Part shown: piece after piece, positions 37,687 to 50,382 of the stretch
How the letters are laid out: each line of letters begins with the position of its first letter
How positions within the stretch are numbered: position 1 is the stretch's first letter
From: Rhodosorus marinus CCMP1338
Taxonomy: Eukaryota; Plantae; Rhodophyta
Direction: 5' to 3'
NCBI GenBank assembly: GCA_029953675.1
Contig: JAMWBK010000007.1
Coordinates: forward strand, 1,550,001-1,614,000
Length of the DNA: 64,000 bases
Program-made: the position numbers and the translations under genes
Notes under the pieces: model-generated
The model's input: only the letters and a program-made list of their open reading frames with translations
What the model was told of the DNA's origin: nothing
The model's database searches: none

Positions 37687-38582
37687 TTACCACAGGAGAT
37701 CACAGGACACGGTCTGGAAGAGCAGTTCTCTTCCAGCTATGTGCACAACACAGTCCTTAAGGGTGACCTTCCATTTGTCCTTTTTGCGAGAGACCTTATC
37801 ATACTGCGCTAGAATGAAGTCATCCGCTTCCTATTCCATGCAAAAGTGAACAACGGTCACGGATTAAAAAATCGTCCAGCTCAGTTGAGGGCCTTTGGAA
37901 AGCGTTTTAGGTCGAGCTCTTACCGGTTCTGGTCCGACCGTATCGTCGTCAGGATCAGCAATATCACTGTCTTCTTCCGCGAAATCATCCTCACCCTCTA
38001 CTTTTCGTCTTTTGGACTCCGGCTTATCTTCATCGCCTCCAACATCCTATTCATTGCATCTGATCGGGTAAATGCTCCATTCTAGTTTGGAACTCGAGTC
38101 CCTTCAATTTTTCGGTAAAAATGAAAGCGCATACTCACATCGTCACTTGACGTTCCGGCAGCACCATCGTTTTGAGGGATTTTCTCCACTACAAGATTGA
38201 AAAAAAAAGGAAGACGATGCCAGTGATTTAGTGCTACCATCTTTGAGCCCCGACATGAACATGATCAAGTACCCTCATCATCGCCATCATCCTCAACCGC
38301 ATATGCCTTCACCTCCTCCACCGGTTCTCCACTTTCTTCCACCGCATCCTCCCCTCCAGCCTCGTCCTCTTCATCAACAACCTCCCCATTCTCCTCCCTC
38401 TCCAACTCTTCCTCTGTAGCAACCAAATAACCCTGCCATCTCTCCCTCAGCTTCTCCAAAGCCGCCAACGAAGAAGCATCATGCCCAAGCTTCTCAAACT
38501 CCGCCCTCGCACCTTCAACCGTGGCATCAACCACCCTCAAATAAACCTCCTTCCTCGTCTGATTTTGAGTCGCAGCTGCCAT
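37687..38582 (-). CDS. GTF2A1: Transcription initiation factor IIA large (alpha/beta) subunit
   Basis: N-terminal EVYLRVVDATVEGARAEF...LRERWQ; acidic middle region; C-terminal FILAQYDKVSRKKDKWKVTLKDCVVHIAGRELLF. Confidence 0.9.
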
Positions 38583-40047
38583 CTTATACAAAAAAGAATA
38601 CACCAAACAAAAAAAAAAATTACCCTCAACTCATTCCTCCCCCCTTCCTTCCCTCCCCCTTCCTCTTCACTCACTTCCCCTCAATACCAGCTCACAACAC
38701 GAATTCCCCAAACCTTTCTACAGATTCTGACGATTACATCCCCTCCTCCTTCAAAAAACTCCAACAACCTCCCTTCACTTGAAAACTAAACAAGCCCCCT
38801 CCTCCCTCCCCCACCCAAACCTCTCCCATTCCATAAAGAGCATCACGCCGCTTAAATACTATCGCTCCTAAATTGAATAGAACAAGAAAAACAAATATTC
38901 AATCAATATCACCTTCAGGGTTCCAAACGGTGGTACGATAGTACTGGGGGTTGTCGACCAATTCAGCCACGATAATCTACTATTTTAATAGTAAAAACGC
39001 GTATAATAGGTTTACTAGTTATATTTATTAAGGGTAATAGATCGGTTTTTATTTTGATTGAACCGAAATTTTTTTGGGTGGTCGATTTTGGTTTTCGTCG
39101 TAGTGGAGGGGGGGGTGTTGAGTATAAATAAAATTCATATTTCCCGGTTTTTGAGGTCTTAGGAGGCTGGGAAGAATGCGGTATGGAGAAGTATGGAGAA
39201 CGTCGTATGGAGGGTGGGGAAGGTTTTTTTGTAGGAATGAGTTTTTTGGTAGATTTTCAGTTTTGGTTGGATTGAGATTTAGGGTGTTTAAATATTCTAA
39301 AATTCTTAGTTGGACAAGATATGAGGAGTCTTGCTGGGGGGGGAGGGGTTTTAGTGTAGTCATTGAATCTGGGAAAGGATTGACATCATGTAGGCATCGG
39401 CGGATCTGCTTAGCAAAGTGACAGAGATCTAGAGTATAGGGTTGTCTAACAGAAATGGAAAGGGAGATTGATTCCCCAGACAATGAGTACCTTTCACACG
39501 ATGCAGGATCCATGGCTTATTCTAGACTTGCTGAAGGTTCCACAGGCAAGGTTTTGTTTTTTTTATTCTGGGGAAAGTGCGGATGATACTTTTGGATGGT
39601 CCCCGATCCCGAGGCTCTTTTCAAACTCACGGCCCTTGAGAGGCTTATAAGTCTGAAACGCAAAAGGCACTGCGCAAAACCGAGGTGATAACATCAGTCA
39701 CTGAAAACGCCGCCAATCGTTTTGAGCCCCTGCCTAAGTTTCGCGGTGTCGCGGGCAGCTAGAGTGACAGTAATAAAGGTCCAACTTTAGTTAACTATTT
39801 CCACGTGTGACTGCCAAACTACTGACTCTCAATAATCTAAAAAGGGAAGAATAGGGTTCCCACCCCACCCGGGCCAACATCATCCGTAGACGGATAGTCG
39901 GGCCCCGAGCGGGACATCCCTGCAAAATATCTGCTTCCTCGAACGCCAAAGAGAAAACTACCCGGGAGCAGATCGATGCCTTTTCTACAACCATAACGTA
40001 TACACTCCCGGGATAGAAGTTCAAACACAAGCTGCCGCCGGCGCACC

Positions 40048-42258
40048 CTAAGACAGCTCCTTCTTCTTCAGGATAGCAATTGCAGTACACACGACATTGG
40101 CTATATCCGGGTTGACGTTCGCTTCTCTCAATCCTTGAATGTATTCATCTCCCGGATCCTGTCCACGGCTCAAACTACGAACGCCCTTGTCCGGATGCCC
40201 CACCATTGTGCTCTTCTCCTCCAGCTTTGGGCTATTCTCAGCGCTTCGCTTTGAGCCGATACTCTTCTCAGCTGCTGAATCCTGCTGCTGGCCCAGTTTT
40301 GTGGAGGGTAGCACAGAAGTTGCCTGGTGGCCTCCGCCCTTCCCCATTGGCTTCTTCCCATGGTGTTGCTCGTGCATATGGTCGTCTGGGTTAGAAGAAC
40401 CTCTTCCAGATCCAGAGTTTGGTTCCGACGGGGTACCAGACGGCGGTGGTGAACCAGATCCAAAGCTTCCAAACGAACCTGGCCCAGGCAAATTTCAGAG
40501 TAAGTTGGTCAATGTCTTGGCTAGAATGAAGCTCTCGTTCTCACAGTTGCGAAAAGCTGCTCACCTTGATCTTGTTTCAACATCATCTTTCCGGGTTGAG
40601 ACTTTGCTCTTTCAACCTTGTTATTCCTCGACGACGAAGGAGCATTCGACTGCGTTGACTCCCCACAGTAAACTTCACTTTCTTTGGTGGAGCTCACAGT
40701 TCTCTTGTCGGAGGACGGAGGATCAGAAGGGGACCGATCAGTCGAGTTTACGTTACCGTCCGTGGATGTGCTTCTGCCCATCAGGACGTTGTCACCATCG
40801 CCAACTTTTGCGTGCTTCGACGGCTTGTCAGTCCTCGGCCCTTTCAGGTCTCCGTTTCCATCCAACCCCCGGCTCTGAGATGGCGGAAGAATATCACATT
40901 CGCCTCCGCTGGTCTTTCCCTCCGGAGACCGATCACCGTTGTCATCGCTGCTCAAGCCATTCCCACTCGATCCATCGTTAACGTTCGCCCCACTACCCCC
41001 CTCATCGCTGTTACTACTTCCCATTGTTCCATCTTCCTCATTGCCCATACTCATTCCCTTGGGTTCCTCACGGCTCTGGGTTTGCTTGTCGCTCTGCTTA
41101 AACCATTTCTTCTGCTGCTCTGCCTGCTCTCGCTTCTCAAGCTCTGACTTTGCTTTTATCGTCTTAGACGTCGCCCTCTCGTTGTTGTTGCTCGTCTGAT
41201 ACTGAGAACCAGAAGACCCATTGAACTCCGACTGAAAACGATCATGAGCGGTTCTATCGAAATATTTGTTCATCTCCCTCTCATCCTGAGCCGGAGGCAC
41301 TGTTCCAAGGTGCCCAACTGCCATTTGATGGCCATGGTGGTAGTGATGTTGACACTGTAGACAGACACCTGACCCTCCGGACTGCGCATATCCACCGTTC
41401 GTCGGGGTCTGGTAAGCGACGTATGGCCTCATTCCGTTCACAGGCGGCATGAAGGGCGCGGAAGGACTTTGGAAGTAGGGCGCTTGCTGCATCCGGTTGG
41501 AATCCGGCTTGGCCTCCCGCTTCTTTCGGGGACGCGCCGGCGGAACATACTCGCTGGAACCGTTTTTCTGTACCTTTTCAAAGTACTTTTGTGCGTGACT
41601 GCGTATCTGGATGACAGTTTTCGATTCAACGTGTTGCTCTATCTTCTTCCAGTCGCGCTCGTACAGCTTCAGGCCCTCGATGAATTTTTCATGTTCCTCA
41701 TTCGTCCAAGTTTCTCTCACTGCAGATCGCTTCTCGTACGGTTTTCTCATCCTGCCGTTCGAGCGAGGAACATGACCTGGATGAGGGATGGTGCTGGCTC
41801 CATATACTGTCGTCATCCCTGATGGTGGATTCACCGCGTTCCAAGAGGGAACTGTGAGCACAGAAGTTTCATCTACCTTAGAAAATCGAACAAAATAACC
41901 TGCACTAGCAGAAGCGCGCAGGCTCTTGTAGGACTACTGTACCTATAGGCTGAACGATCCCCATTGGTGCATAAGGCCTTTCGGTGTACACGAAAGGTGT
42001 GCCTGCCGAAACCGGTGGGTACTGCACCTCGGTTTGAATCACATTCGCTTGACCAATTGCTCCACCATTTGCGAACGGTAAGTAAGATACCTCAGGGACA
42101 TGCCTGGACCGTGACCGATGTTCACCTTCGATAACACCTGATCTCATCGGGCCTGAGTTCCCCCACGACGTCGCTTGGCCTTGACTTTCTCCTTTGGAAC
42201 TCCGAAATCCCTCAGCTACGACATAAAACAAGAAAATGCACGAGAACAAACAGGCCAA
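40048..42258 (-). CDS. Single-repeat SHAQKYF Myb transcription factor, REVEILLE/CCA1-like; 5' end unresolved
   Basis: [76 protein letters not shown], closely resembling the RVE4/RVE8-type Myb. Last exon 40048 to about 40480. Confidence 0.9.
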
Positions 42259-42669
42259 AAAAAAAGAAGTAGTCCACTACTTAGCGAACCGCCCATATCA
42301 CGCACATACATTTCATCGCGTTAGTCCCTACCCATTTGACGCTGCGCTTCCGCACTCCCCGAAAGCCTCCCGCGAGCCTCGCTATGATCTCCACGCATTC
42401 TCTCACCCCCAATCTTCTAAACTTTACAGCTCCAAGAACTGGACCACCCCTTCGTGGTACCCTTCCACACCATCCAACATAGCCCCTCCCTCCCCCCACC
42501 CCTTTTCAGGGCTCACACTCAACAAAAACCCAAACCAAAACACAAAAAAACAACAAAACAACAACAACAACAACAAAAGTACTCAGTCCATCCTACACGA
42601 TCTCCAGAAAGGTCAAGACCAACCACTACCATACACAAACACATGTACCAAAATCGTCTCCCTAAAAAC

Positions 42670-43825
42670 AAAGAAACCCTCCTCGAAACCAGAAATCCTC
42701 ATCTCCCATTAGAAACTAAATAGGAACAAAGGAAATACAATCTCCAAACCGCCTCTGTTTTTCTCTCTCTCCCCCCTCTCCACCGTTGATTCCAATCGAA
42801 AGTGCACCTTTTTTTTCGAAACCGCCTCCGCCTCCTTAAAATCCATTGAAAAAAAATATTCTCAAAAACCGATCGCGATATTTTATTTTTTTGGTTGGGG
42901 GGGACGATTTCGTCTCCTGTGGAGAGAGGCGCTTGGGTAACTAATAGAATTTTGGGGTCGAGTTGTGAATACTTTGTATCATTTTAAGCGCCGAGCAACG
43001 TTTGTTTGGTTGCAGGATCAATCTTGTTTGGGTATGGGCGATAAAAAGAGCTAACATCCCGAGCGGCAGCGGCAGTCTTGCCAGGAAGGATGAGGTGAGA
43101 AGCAGGAAGAGCCGATCAGTTGGGGGCTAGATGGGAGCGTTTTTATGCGAAGGGGAACGTGAGCGGAACATTCAGTGGCCAAGAGTAGTCCGGCGCTGGG
43201 TGGGACAACGCGCTTTGTTGTTTTTTGCTAGTCAACTCTCCTCCACGCTTTGCTTTGCTTTTGAGGACGCATATTGGGCTGCGGGTGAGCGCCTTGGAGC
43301 TGCCGCTGCCCAAGTGCGTCGCCAAAAGGAAGTACCCAGCGCCCGGCGTCGTTGACTGCCTCCGTAGTCTGCTCTTGGAACACACACGCTGGTTCCCCTC
43401 GTAATTGAACTTCTGGCCTTGCTGCATCGCTAGGAGTGCCAAACCGTTTTAGCACCAGGACACTCGCGGTCTTCCCAAGTTTAGTGCCGCTCAGTTATTT
43501 GCTTTGGCCGAGCAATGCTGCAAGCGCGCGGGTCCACCTTGTTAGCCTCGCTGCTCTAGTCATCATCGCCGCTGGGCTCTGGATAAATACACTGACACGC
43601 TCTTTTTTCGCTGGAAAGCGCATGGCTTTATCTTGTACACGTTAACAAAACCTCCCCCTTCCCAGAAAAGCAATACACGGAAACCCTCATCTCGATTCTA
43701 AACCCTAGAAACGATCTCCAAACCGCCTCCCCCTCTCTCAGTTGCACAAACCAAAAATCAAAAAAAGCCATTCCGCCTCCCTTCTCAAAAATATTCATTA
43801 GAGCCGATCGCGATACTTTTTCTGA
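42670..43825. repeat. Two diverged copies of a ~150-200 bp promoter-like segment (about 42670-42890 and 43680-43825)
   Basis: Exact shared ATCTCCAAACCGCCTC (42740-42755, 43714-43729) and CCGATCGCGATA (42869-42880, 43804-43815), in the same order and orientation. Confidence 0.65.
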
Positions 43826-44007
43826 TTTCCTGAACGGCCAATCCGGTCGTCGTATATATTGTATCATATAAATCTATATAAGCAGTGTTTTTACTAAATA
43901 TTTGTGAGGTATTGACCTTGATTATCTATAACCATATAGTTTATTTGTTTCTGGCGTGTATTGGATCCGCCTTCGTGGGTTTGGTGGCGGTTTCCGCAAA
44001 GGGTTGT

Positions 44008-44854
44008 TCAATTGGGAAACCTGGTAGCAAGGCAACCACCCACTAGACGACCAGCATTTTCTACCCTGCTGTAGCGTACTTTCTTCGGTGGGAGAATGGA
44101 CTTTATTGGATGCCTGCGTAGAATAGTGAGAACAAGTTTATCGTGCGTCAGCCGTCCAATGAAGTCTTATGTGCACCGACAAAACATCGCTTCGGTAGGG
44201 TCGCGACTGCTGTTGGGCCATTCGTCTTGGTAGTGCGAGCAATGGCGGAAGCTAGCATGGAGAGCGCGGCGAACTTTATCCACGCGGACATTATGCTTAC
44301 GTATGGCGCATTTTCGCTCAATTTATGCAGCTGAGCATCGCGGGTGGTTTGGAGAGAACAACTCAGCTGATACTTGCAAGTCAGAGAGAAAAGGTTAATT
44401 GCACCGCATCGAACACATTTAAAGCACGTTCAACAGTAGCGATGACCTCCTACTTCTGCGCTACCCTAGACCCCATCCCTGCTCTTTGGTATACCATTTA
44501 ACATGTGCAACGGAAGTCTTCTTGTTTTGACGCCGCTCTGCTTGATGAGGTGACTTCCTACGTCCTGAGTAACCTGTTCTAGGTCTTCCCAACGAGTGAA
44601 CCAGAGATTGGGGCAACTAGACGTTTGACCCTGAACCCCTCGGTTATCCGCGTGCTCAAGTCTTTCGGACGCAGCTGGATACGTGTCTCACCAGTGCGAC
44701 GAAACCAGAAGTCATCATTTGATCCAAGCCCTACGGTGAAACGAGCAATTGCATCGAGCATTTGTTCCCGGAAAGGCAGGTTTCAGCTCACCCCATCCGA
44801 GGTCGTTAAAATCTGGACGCTTCCGATGGATGGATGCCAGACCAGACCGGACAT
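44008..44854 (-). CDS. Possible multi-exon hypothetical gene
   Basis: Short open segments with GT/AG borders (MSGLVWHPSIGSVQILTTSDG|GTGAGC; PNLWFTRWEDLEQV...HMLN|GT; FIGRLTHDKLVLTILRR...). Not assembled with certainty. Confidence 0.25.
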
Positions 44855-45033
44855 TGCCAGAAGTCTGGCTAAAAGTTGAGATTTATCCAGTCCGATGCCA
44901 ATAGGAATATCTGAAAATTCTATAAATGCGTAAAAGGATCGTACAGCCTTGATCGTTTATCGCTTCTTCAGCTTGAAATCAACACAACCATCAAAACACA
45001 CTTGTCTAATTACGGAAACGGGACGGACAGTCT

Positions 45034-46901
45034 TCAACGGGTTGCCAAGTTTCCTTTCGCTCCATGGAAGACGTCCCTCGGGATTTGTATTCTGGACATC
45101 TGGTTCAGTCTTTCAATCTGCTTCACGAAGAACTCTCCAAACCGGGTTTCCACCTTCGCGTCCCCTACATGCACGACGTTCTTGTTGATGTAAAAGCCGA
45201 GCTCGGATGTGGGCTTCACGTCGGTGCCCTGAATCATCGGGTTTTCCCCGCTAATATCAGCTCGTGCGCTGTACGATTTGTGCTTCAAACTCAACAGATG
45301 GCTCCTGAACATTTCTTCCTCAATCTCCATCAAGTCCGCGAGCTTCTTCACCTCAATCGAAGTGTATAAGCTCAGGTACGATCGGATTTCCGGCAAGATG
45401 AGCTGCTGCTTAATCTACGAATCGCGAACAACCAGAACCAGCTAAGTCAGTCCAGGTTCTCTTCAAAAGGTTAACAAGCTCACGATGAAGGACAGATTTG
45501 GATTCAACAAACCTCAGCCATGAACATCTTCTGCTGCAGATTGGCCGCATCCATGTGGTAGTCATCGATCACGTCATAGTTAGGAGGAGCGGGCGTAACG
45601 AACTTGGGCGAGGCATACGTAAATAGGCCCATCACTGTTGACTCCTCTCCCGTTCGAAGCGACTTGATATCTCCAAACTTATCCTTGAGGAGGGACATGG
45701 TCGATTCATCGACGTACTGGGGCTGGAAAGTAATGCAAATGGCCAACAGGGCGAGCATCTGATCCACACGCTTGTTCACCTGCTCGTATTGATATGAGCG
45801 CACGTGGGATTGCTTAATCCGCCCAACGTGCAAAAGTGCTGTGCCAAAAACTCTTCCAGCATCTTCGTACCTGTATCAACCCAGAGTTGGAAGAAACGAG
45901 TGAGCAGGGGAGCGTTCCTTCCCTTGGCTGGAGAAGACGCCTAGGAGTGAAATGTTCTCGATTATAGCTTACCTTCTCAACATCATGTGGGCAAATCCCA
46001 TAAAGTAGTATACCGAGAAATGACAGGCAGTAACGTGCGTGAAAAGTGACGTAGAGGGGTTGAAATCGAGCGATTGCAGCACCATCAGGGCCAGTCTGTA
46101 GTCTCCGATCAAGCAGTTGATTCTGAGAAGTCCAACAATTGAAAAGAAGCCGATGTATCGGTAGACGGCGAGGGAGGAGAGGTCAAAATCCTTAGATTTC
46201 GGATCTGACGATCCGATCGGTTGGTGATCATTGAGCATCCAGGGGCATATGTTTGACTTATTGACGAGCGCATGTAGGTACTGGAGCACATCGTTCACGT
46301 TCCAGATTTGATCATTCTCCCTCAGAACGGCAATTTCTTCTTCGCTCTTCTCTTTGAGTGCCGCCCGGTATTGACACCAAATCTCAAACTGGTAGATGAA
46401 TTCGTCCACCATATCCCATAACCACGCCGCTGGGAGCTCCAGGCCTACCATATCCCCGTTCAGAAACGCGCCAAAGAGATCACAATAGTTACCCCACGCA
46501 TTGGCCTGCTCCCTTATGCTCGGCTGACTCTTCCCGTAGAGTGTGTACATGTGCCGAAAAGTCAGCTCTTTGTAGAGGAGAAGAAACGGCTCATCATGAT
46601 CAACCAAGTAAGATACAGCAGCCGCGGAGGGCCAAGCCGAGCTCTTATAGTAACGCTCCGAAATCTTCACGAAATTGTCCTCATACAACGTATGCATCTC
46701 CTCAACCGCATGCTCCCTAAATCTTGCCCGGAAATACAGAAGAAACTGCTTTGGCTCTTCCTCCATACGACTCAACTCCTCCAAAGCAGCGGCAACCTTG
46801 GGATCCTGAGCACCACCACCCCTCTCATCACCCGCTCCCATCCCAGTCTCCTCCGCTAACCCACGACGCCAAGACATGGGCCCATCATTAGCACCCGCCA
46901 T
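45034..46901 (-). CDS. EIF3L: Eukaryotic translation initiation factor 3 subunit L, 3 exons
   Basis: FLLLYKELTFRHMY; WLWDMVDEFIYQF; YIGFFSIVGLLRINCLIGDYRLAL; YYFMGFAHMMLRR|Y; FTYASPKFV; IRSYLSLYTSI. Confidence 0.95.
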
Positions 46902-48441
46902 CCTTAAAATCCCTCAAAATACCCTCCCAGTTCTTCCAGATCGATAAGCTAGCACCTACTAAAAAAACACAAACACCCCCTTGACAACTACTCAAGAGGC
47001 TAAACCTCCTAGCTTGACAGAGCCTCTTCAAAAAAAATCCTCAAAATCGTAACGAAAAGCAGAAACTATCCAACCAAAATTTCTCCAAGAGAACAACCCG
47101 AACATCCTCTTCTCACCCTCCCCATCCAATCTATCGAACGTCTTCTTCCCCACGAAAGCGTACTGTGTGGTCGACGACGACACACACATAAATAAAACGA
47201 TATTTTTATAAAATATACAGTCTAGTTAGATCAAATAAACTTTTTGGAATTTAAAGTATATACGAAACATTTCCTGCTTTTTTTACATTTTAGTACATAT
47301 TAAACGATTAAGATATAGTTTTATTTGATGTAATGGAATCCCGATTGAGGGTTTGGTGGAAAAAGGGCATCCGCTGGAGAACGGCAGAGGCTTCTCGTTT
47401 GGAGCATCCATGCATGTGTCCACGCGCACCAAGGAGTAAGAAGCGGAGCACTCCAGCAATCGATAAGGGGAGTGGAGTAAAGAGTGGGCGCCTTTGAATG
47501 AAATACGCTCTTGAAAGGCCTGGCGAGAACCCACAAACCACCATTCGCACAAAACACAAAAGGGTGCGGTGGAATTGACGATCGGGGAAACCAAAAAAAA
47601 GGGCTGACAACTACAGAGCAAAAACAGACAGCTCCTCCCCGCTTGACAGACTAGCAAACGAAGAACGTGGTTTTTACTTTACGTACATAGACTTCGTTTA
47701 TCCATTTCTCCTCCCCTCCCCCCAACCCAACCAGATAAAGGAATTCTTACCTGCCAAACCTAACTTGTCCCATTCCCGAAACGCATCCCATCATCGTCTC
47801 ACTCTACCCGGCCTTCCCCCACCGGGGTCCGGTGGGCGGGCAATTCAAAATAGTCTTTAATTGTCATCAACTAATCAATCAATATAAACGAAATACAAAA
47901 AATAAATCTAATTAAAATATGCATATTATTTATTATGATTGAATAAAAGATATGACAGATAAATTGAATTCTTACCCTCGCCCGACCTGTGGCCAATGTA
48001 AAAACTATTTTATTGTCATCACATATCGTATTCAATCTTTTCAAGAAAATATAATTAATTATAAATAATAAATACGAAGATTATTAATTATTGATTGATT
48101 AGGGCGTATGACAGATAAATTGGTTTTAGGAAGTGAGCGATGATGGCCGTGGGCGATCTTGAGATTGGGAGGAAGGAGACTTGATGGTGATGGATCGGAT
48201 TCGGAGGAGGCTGGTGAGTTTGGAGGGGAGCCGTCTTGTGTTTTTTTTTGTTTTTTTTTTAATTTTGGCTTCTCTCATTGGGTTGAGAAGGCTTTAGTTT
48301 TCGTGTTGGTATTGAGAGAAGTTCTTTGGGGTTGGGGGTGTTTTGGGGACTGAGAGAGAGCGAGAGAGAGACATATATATATATTTTTTGGGGGGTTTTG
48401 GTTTGTGACCATATGGTTTTTGCAATTGTTTTGTTTTGAGG

Positions 48442-49475
48442 ATGAGTGCGTTTGTAGGAGGGATTGGAGGGATTCCCGATGGGAGATCTGGAGGTGTTAG
48501 AGTATGTTCGAGGTCGAATGGTAGGCCGATGCTTGTTCGGATGAGCGAGGATGGGGGTCATGGGAGGACTGGACGGAGGATTCTTGCGGGATTGGTTGGT
48601 GGTGCTGTGGCGCTGTTGGGTGGTTCGGTAGGAACGAAGGAAGCTCTTCGATTTCCTCCAGTGGAATCTGCGCTCGCTGGGACTCTGTATAAAAACAAGA
48701 CGATCGTGGGGAAGCTGGCACAGGTTCCTGTATTTTTGATCACGAGCGCTGGAGGACAGCCGTATTTGGCAACTTTAGAGGAGTCGAGACAAGTGGGCCT
48801 CATCTTCTTTTCAATCGAAGATGCGACAAAAATGATGGAGCAGATGAAAATGAATGCCGGTGCAGAAGAAGCGCGAATTTTCCCACTGACCTTGGATAAG
48901 GCCATGGAAATGGTTAAGGCGAAACCTACACCTTCGGGTTTGAAGAGCCAAGGAGGCCAGGATCTGATGATGGTCTTCCGTCTCTACCCAGACACAGCTC
49001 AGGTGCGATGAAGACGCTCCTGCCCCACGGCTCCTGCGCCAAACCCCTTCCCTCCTCTGCATTCCACGCCTTGCGATTCTCATTGCGAAAAGACGCCTTT
49101 TCTTACGTACAGGTTAAGAACGCAGGGTCAGTACTAGGAAGAAGGCAAGGGGCATCGAACACCATTCCTCTATTTGTTGTACGTGGCCTGGTGGTTCGGA
49201 AAGGACGCGAGGAGGTCCAGCCTATGTTCTTCACGAAGGAGGACCTGGACTCGAACTGGAACAGATTGCGATCAGAGAATCCAAAACTCCCTCGCCGACC
49301 GAACATTGAGGTATACAGCCTGCAGGACATCGTGGAAAAGATGGAGAACGGTGATGAAGCACTCCGTGGATGGGGCTTCTACCCACCGTCGAGGAGTGTA
49401 TCCTTCATGGAAGAACAACAGGAGAAAAAATCGGGGAAGACGAGGATGCACATCAATCCCCTCCTCTCCGACTAG
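48442..49475 (+). CDS. TIC22: Tic22-family plastid intermembrane-space import protein, 2 exons
   Basis: MSAFVGG transit peptide; KLAQVPVFLITSAGGQPYL; GLIFFSIEDA; LTLDKA; FRLYPDTAQ|VKNA; IPLF; PMFFTKEDL; IEVYSLQDIVEKM. Intron 49003-49112. Confidence 0.88.
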
Positions 49476-50382
49476 CCCTCGAGCTCGTCCCGGTGTTTCG
49501 ATTTCGTCTTAATATACGAGGTATTGCCAAATTTAACTTGGATCTAAGCAACCGCTCCGGATTCTAAACCATCCTGAAAAGATGCGAGCAGGTACTTTTG
49601 TTACGTCTGTTCTACCAGAGCAACAGAACGAAAACAAAACAAAACAAAACCAAAGGTACTGAAAGCTGACTTAAAAGCTCCCTCTATCAGTATGAAACGA
49701 AAAACTCCAATAAAAACAGTCCAGGAGAGAACAAGATGTTCTTTATCCTTAGCTCGGAAGGACCTTGACGACAAGACCCACGTCGGCTACTTTCGACAAT
49801 TGCACGCGAGCCTCTTCTCCCCGAGGAACAGACCAACGCATGCGGTTGTTTGTCGTATTAAGCCCTGATGGAATCCCTTCCACCAGGACACACTCAGGTA
49901 GCCCAAACCATTCCGTCCTCTGTATTTGATGTCTCGGGTTTCTATAGAAAGCCCTGCCATGGAACTAACGACCGCGCTGTAGGCTCTCTTCAGATGAGTT
50001 CTTGGTATGCACTGTGCAGTCACTTCCTCCTCTACGCTGAGCTCAGCTAGCGGGTCGCAAGAAGCGTTCCACGGTCAGTCGGAGCGCTCCTGGAGATGGA
50101 TAGCACATTGGTTCCTGCTTGTTCATCCAGCATCTTGCTTTTTAAAGAAGCTGGCAAAAAGAATCATGCCATCTGTTTTTCAGGTATTGACAACTTCGGT
50201 TCATAAGCAATGAAGCGGCGTTTTCCGCCTCCAGTCTCCCTCCGCGGAACACCCCGCACAGGACAACGATGAGAGTACATAGCCTCCATCTTTACCATCT
50301 TCTCACACAAATGCGGCGAGGAGGTTTCTTCAAATGGCTCTAGAGTATGTAGGAACCCAGCGATGCACTTTTCCAATGAACG

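Noticed and set aside
47330-47560. Possible structured ncRNA (several short complementary segments)
   Set aside because: No SRP, snRNA, RNase P/MRP or snoRNA signature was recognisable; the stems are only 5-7 bp.
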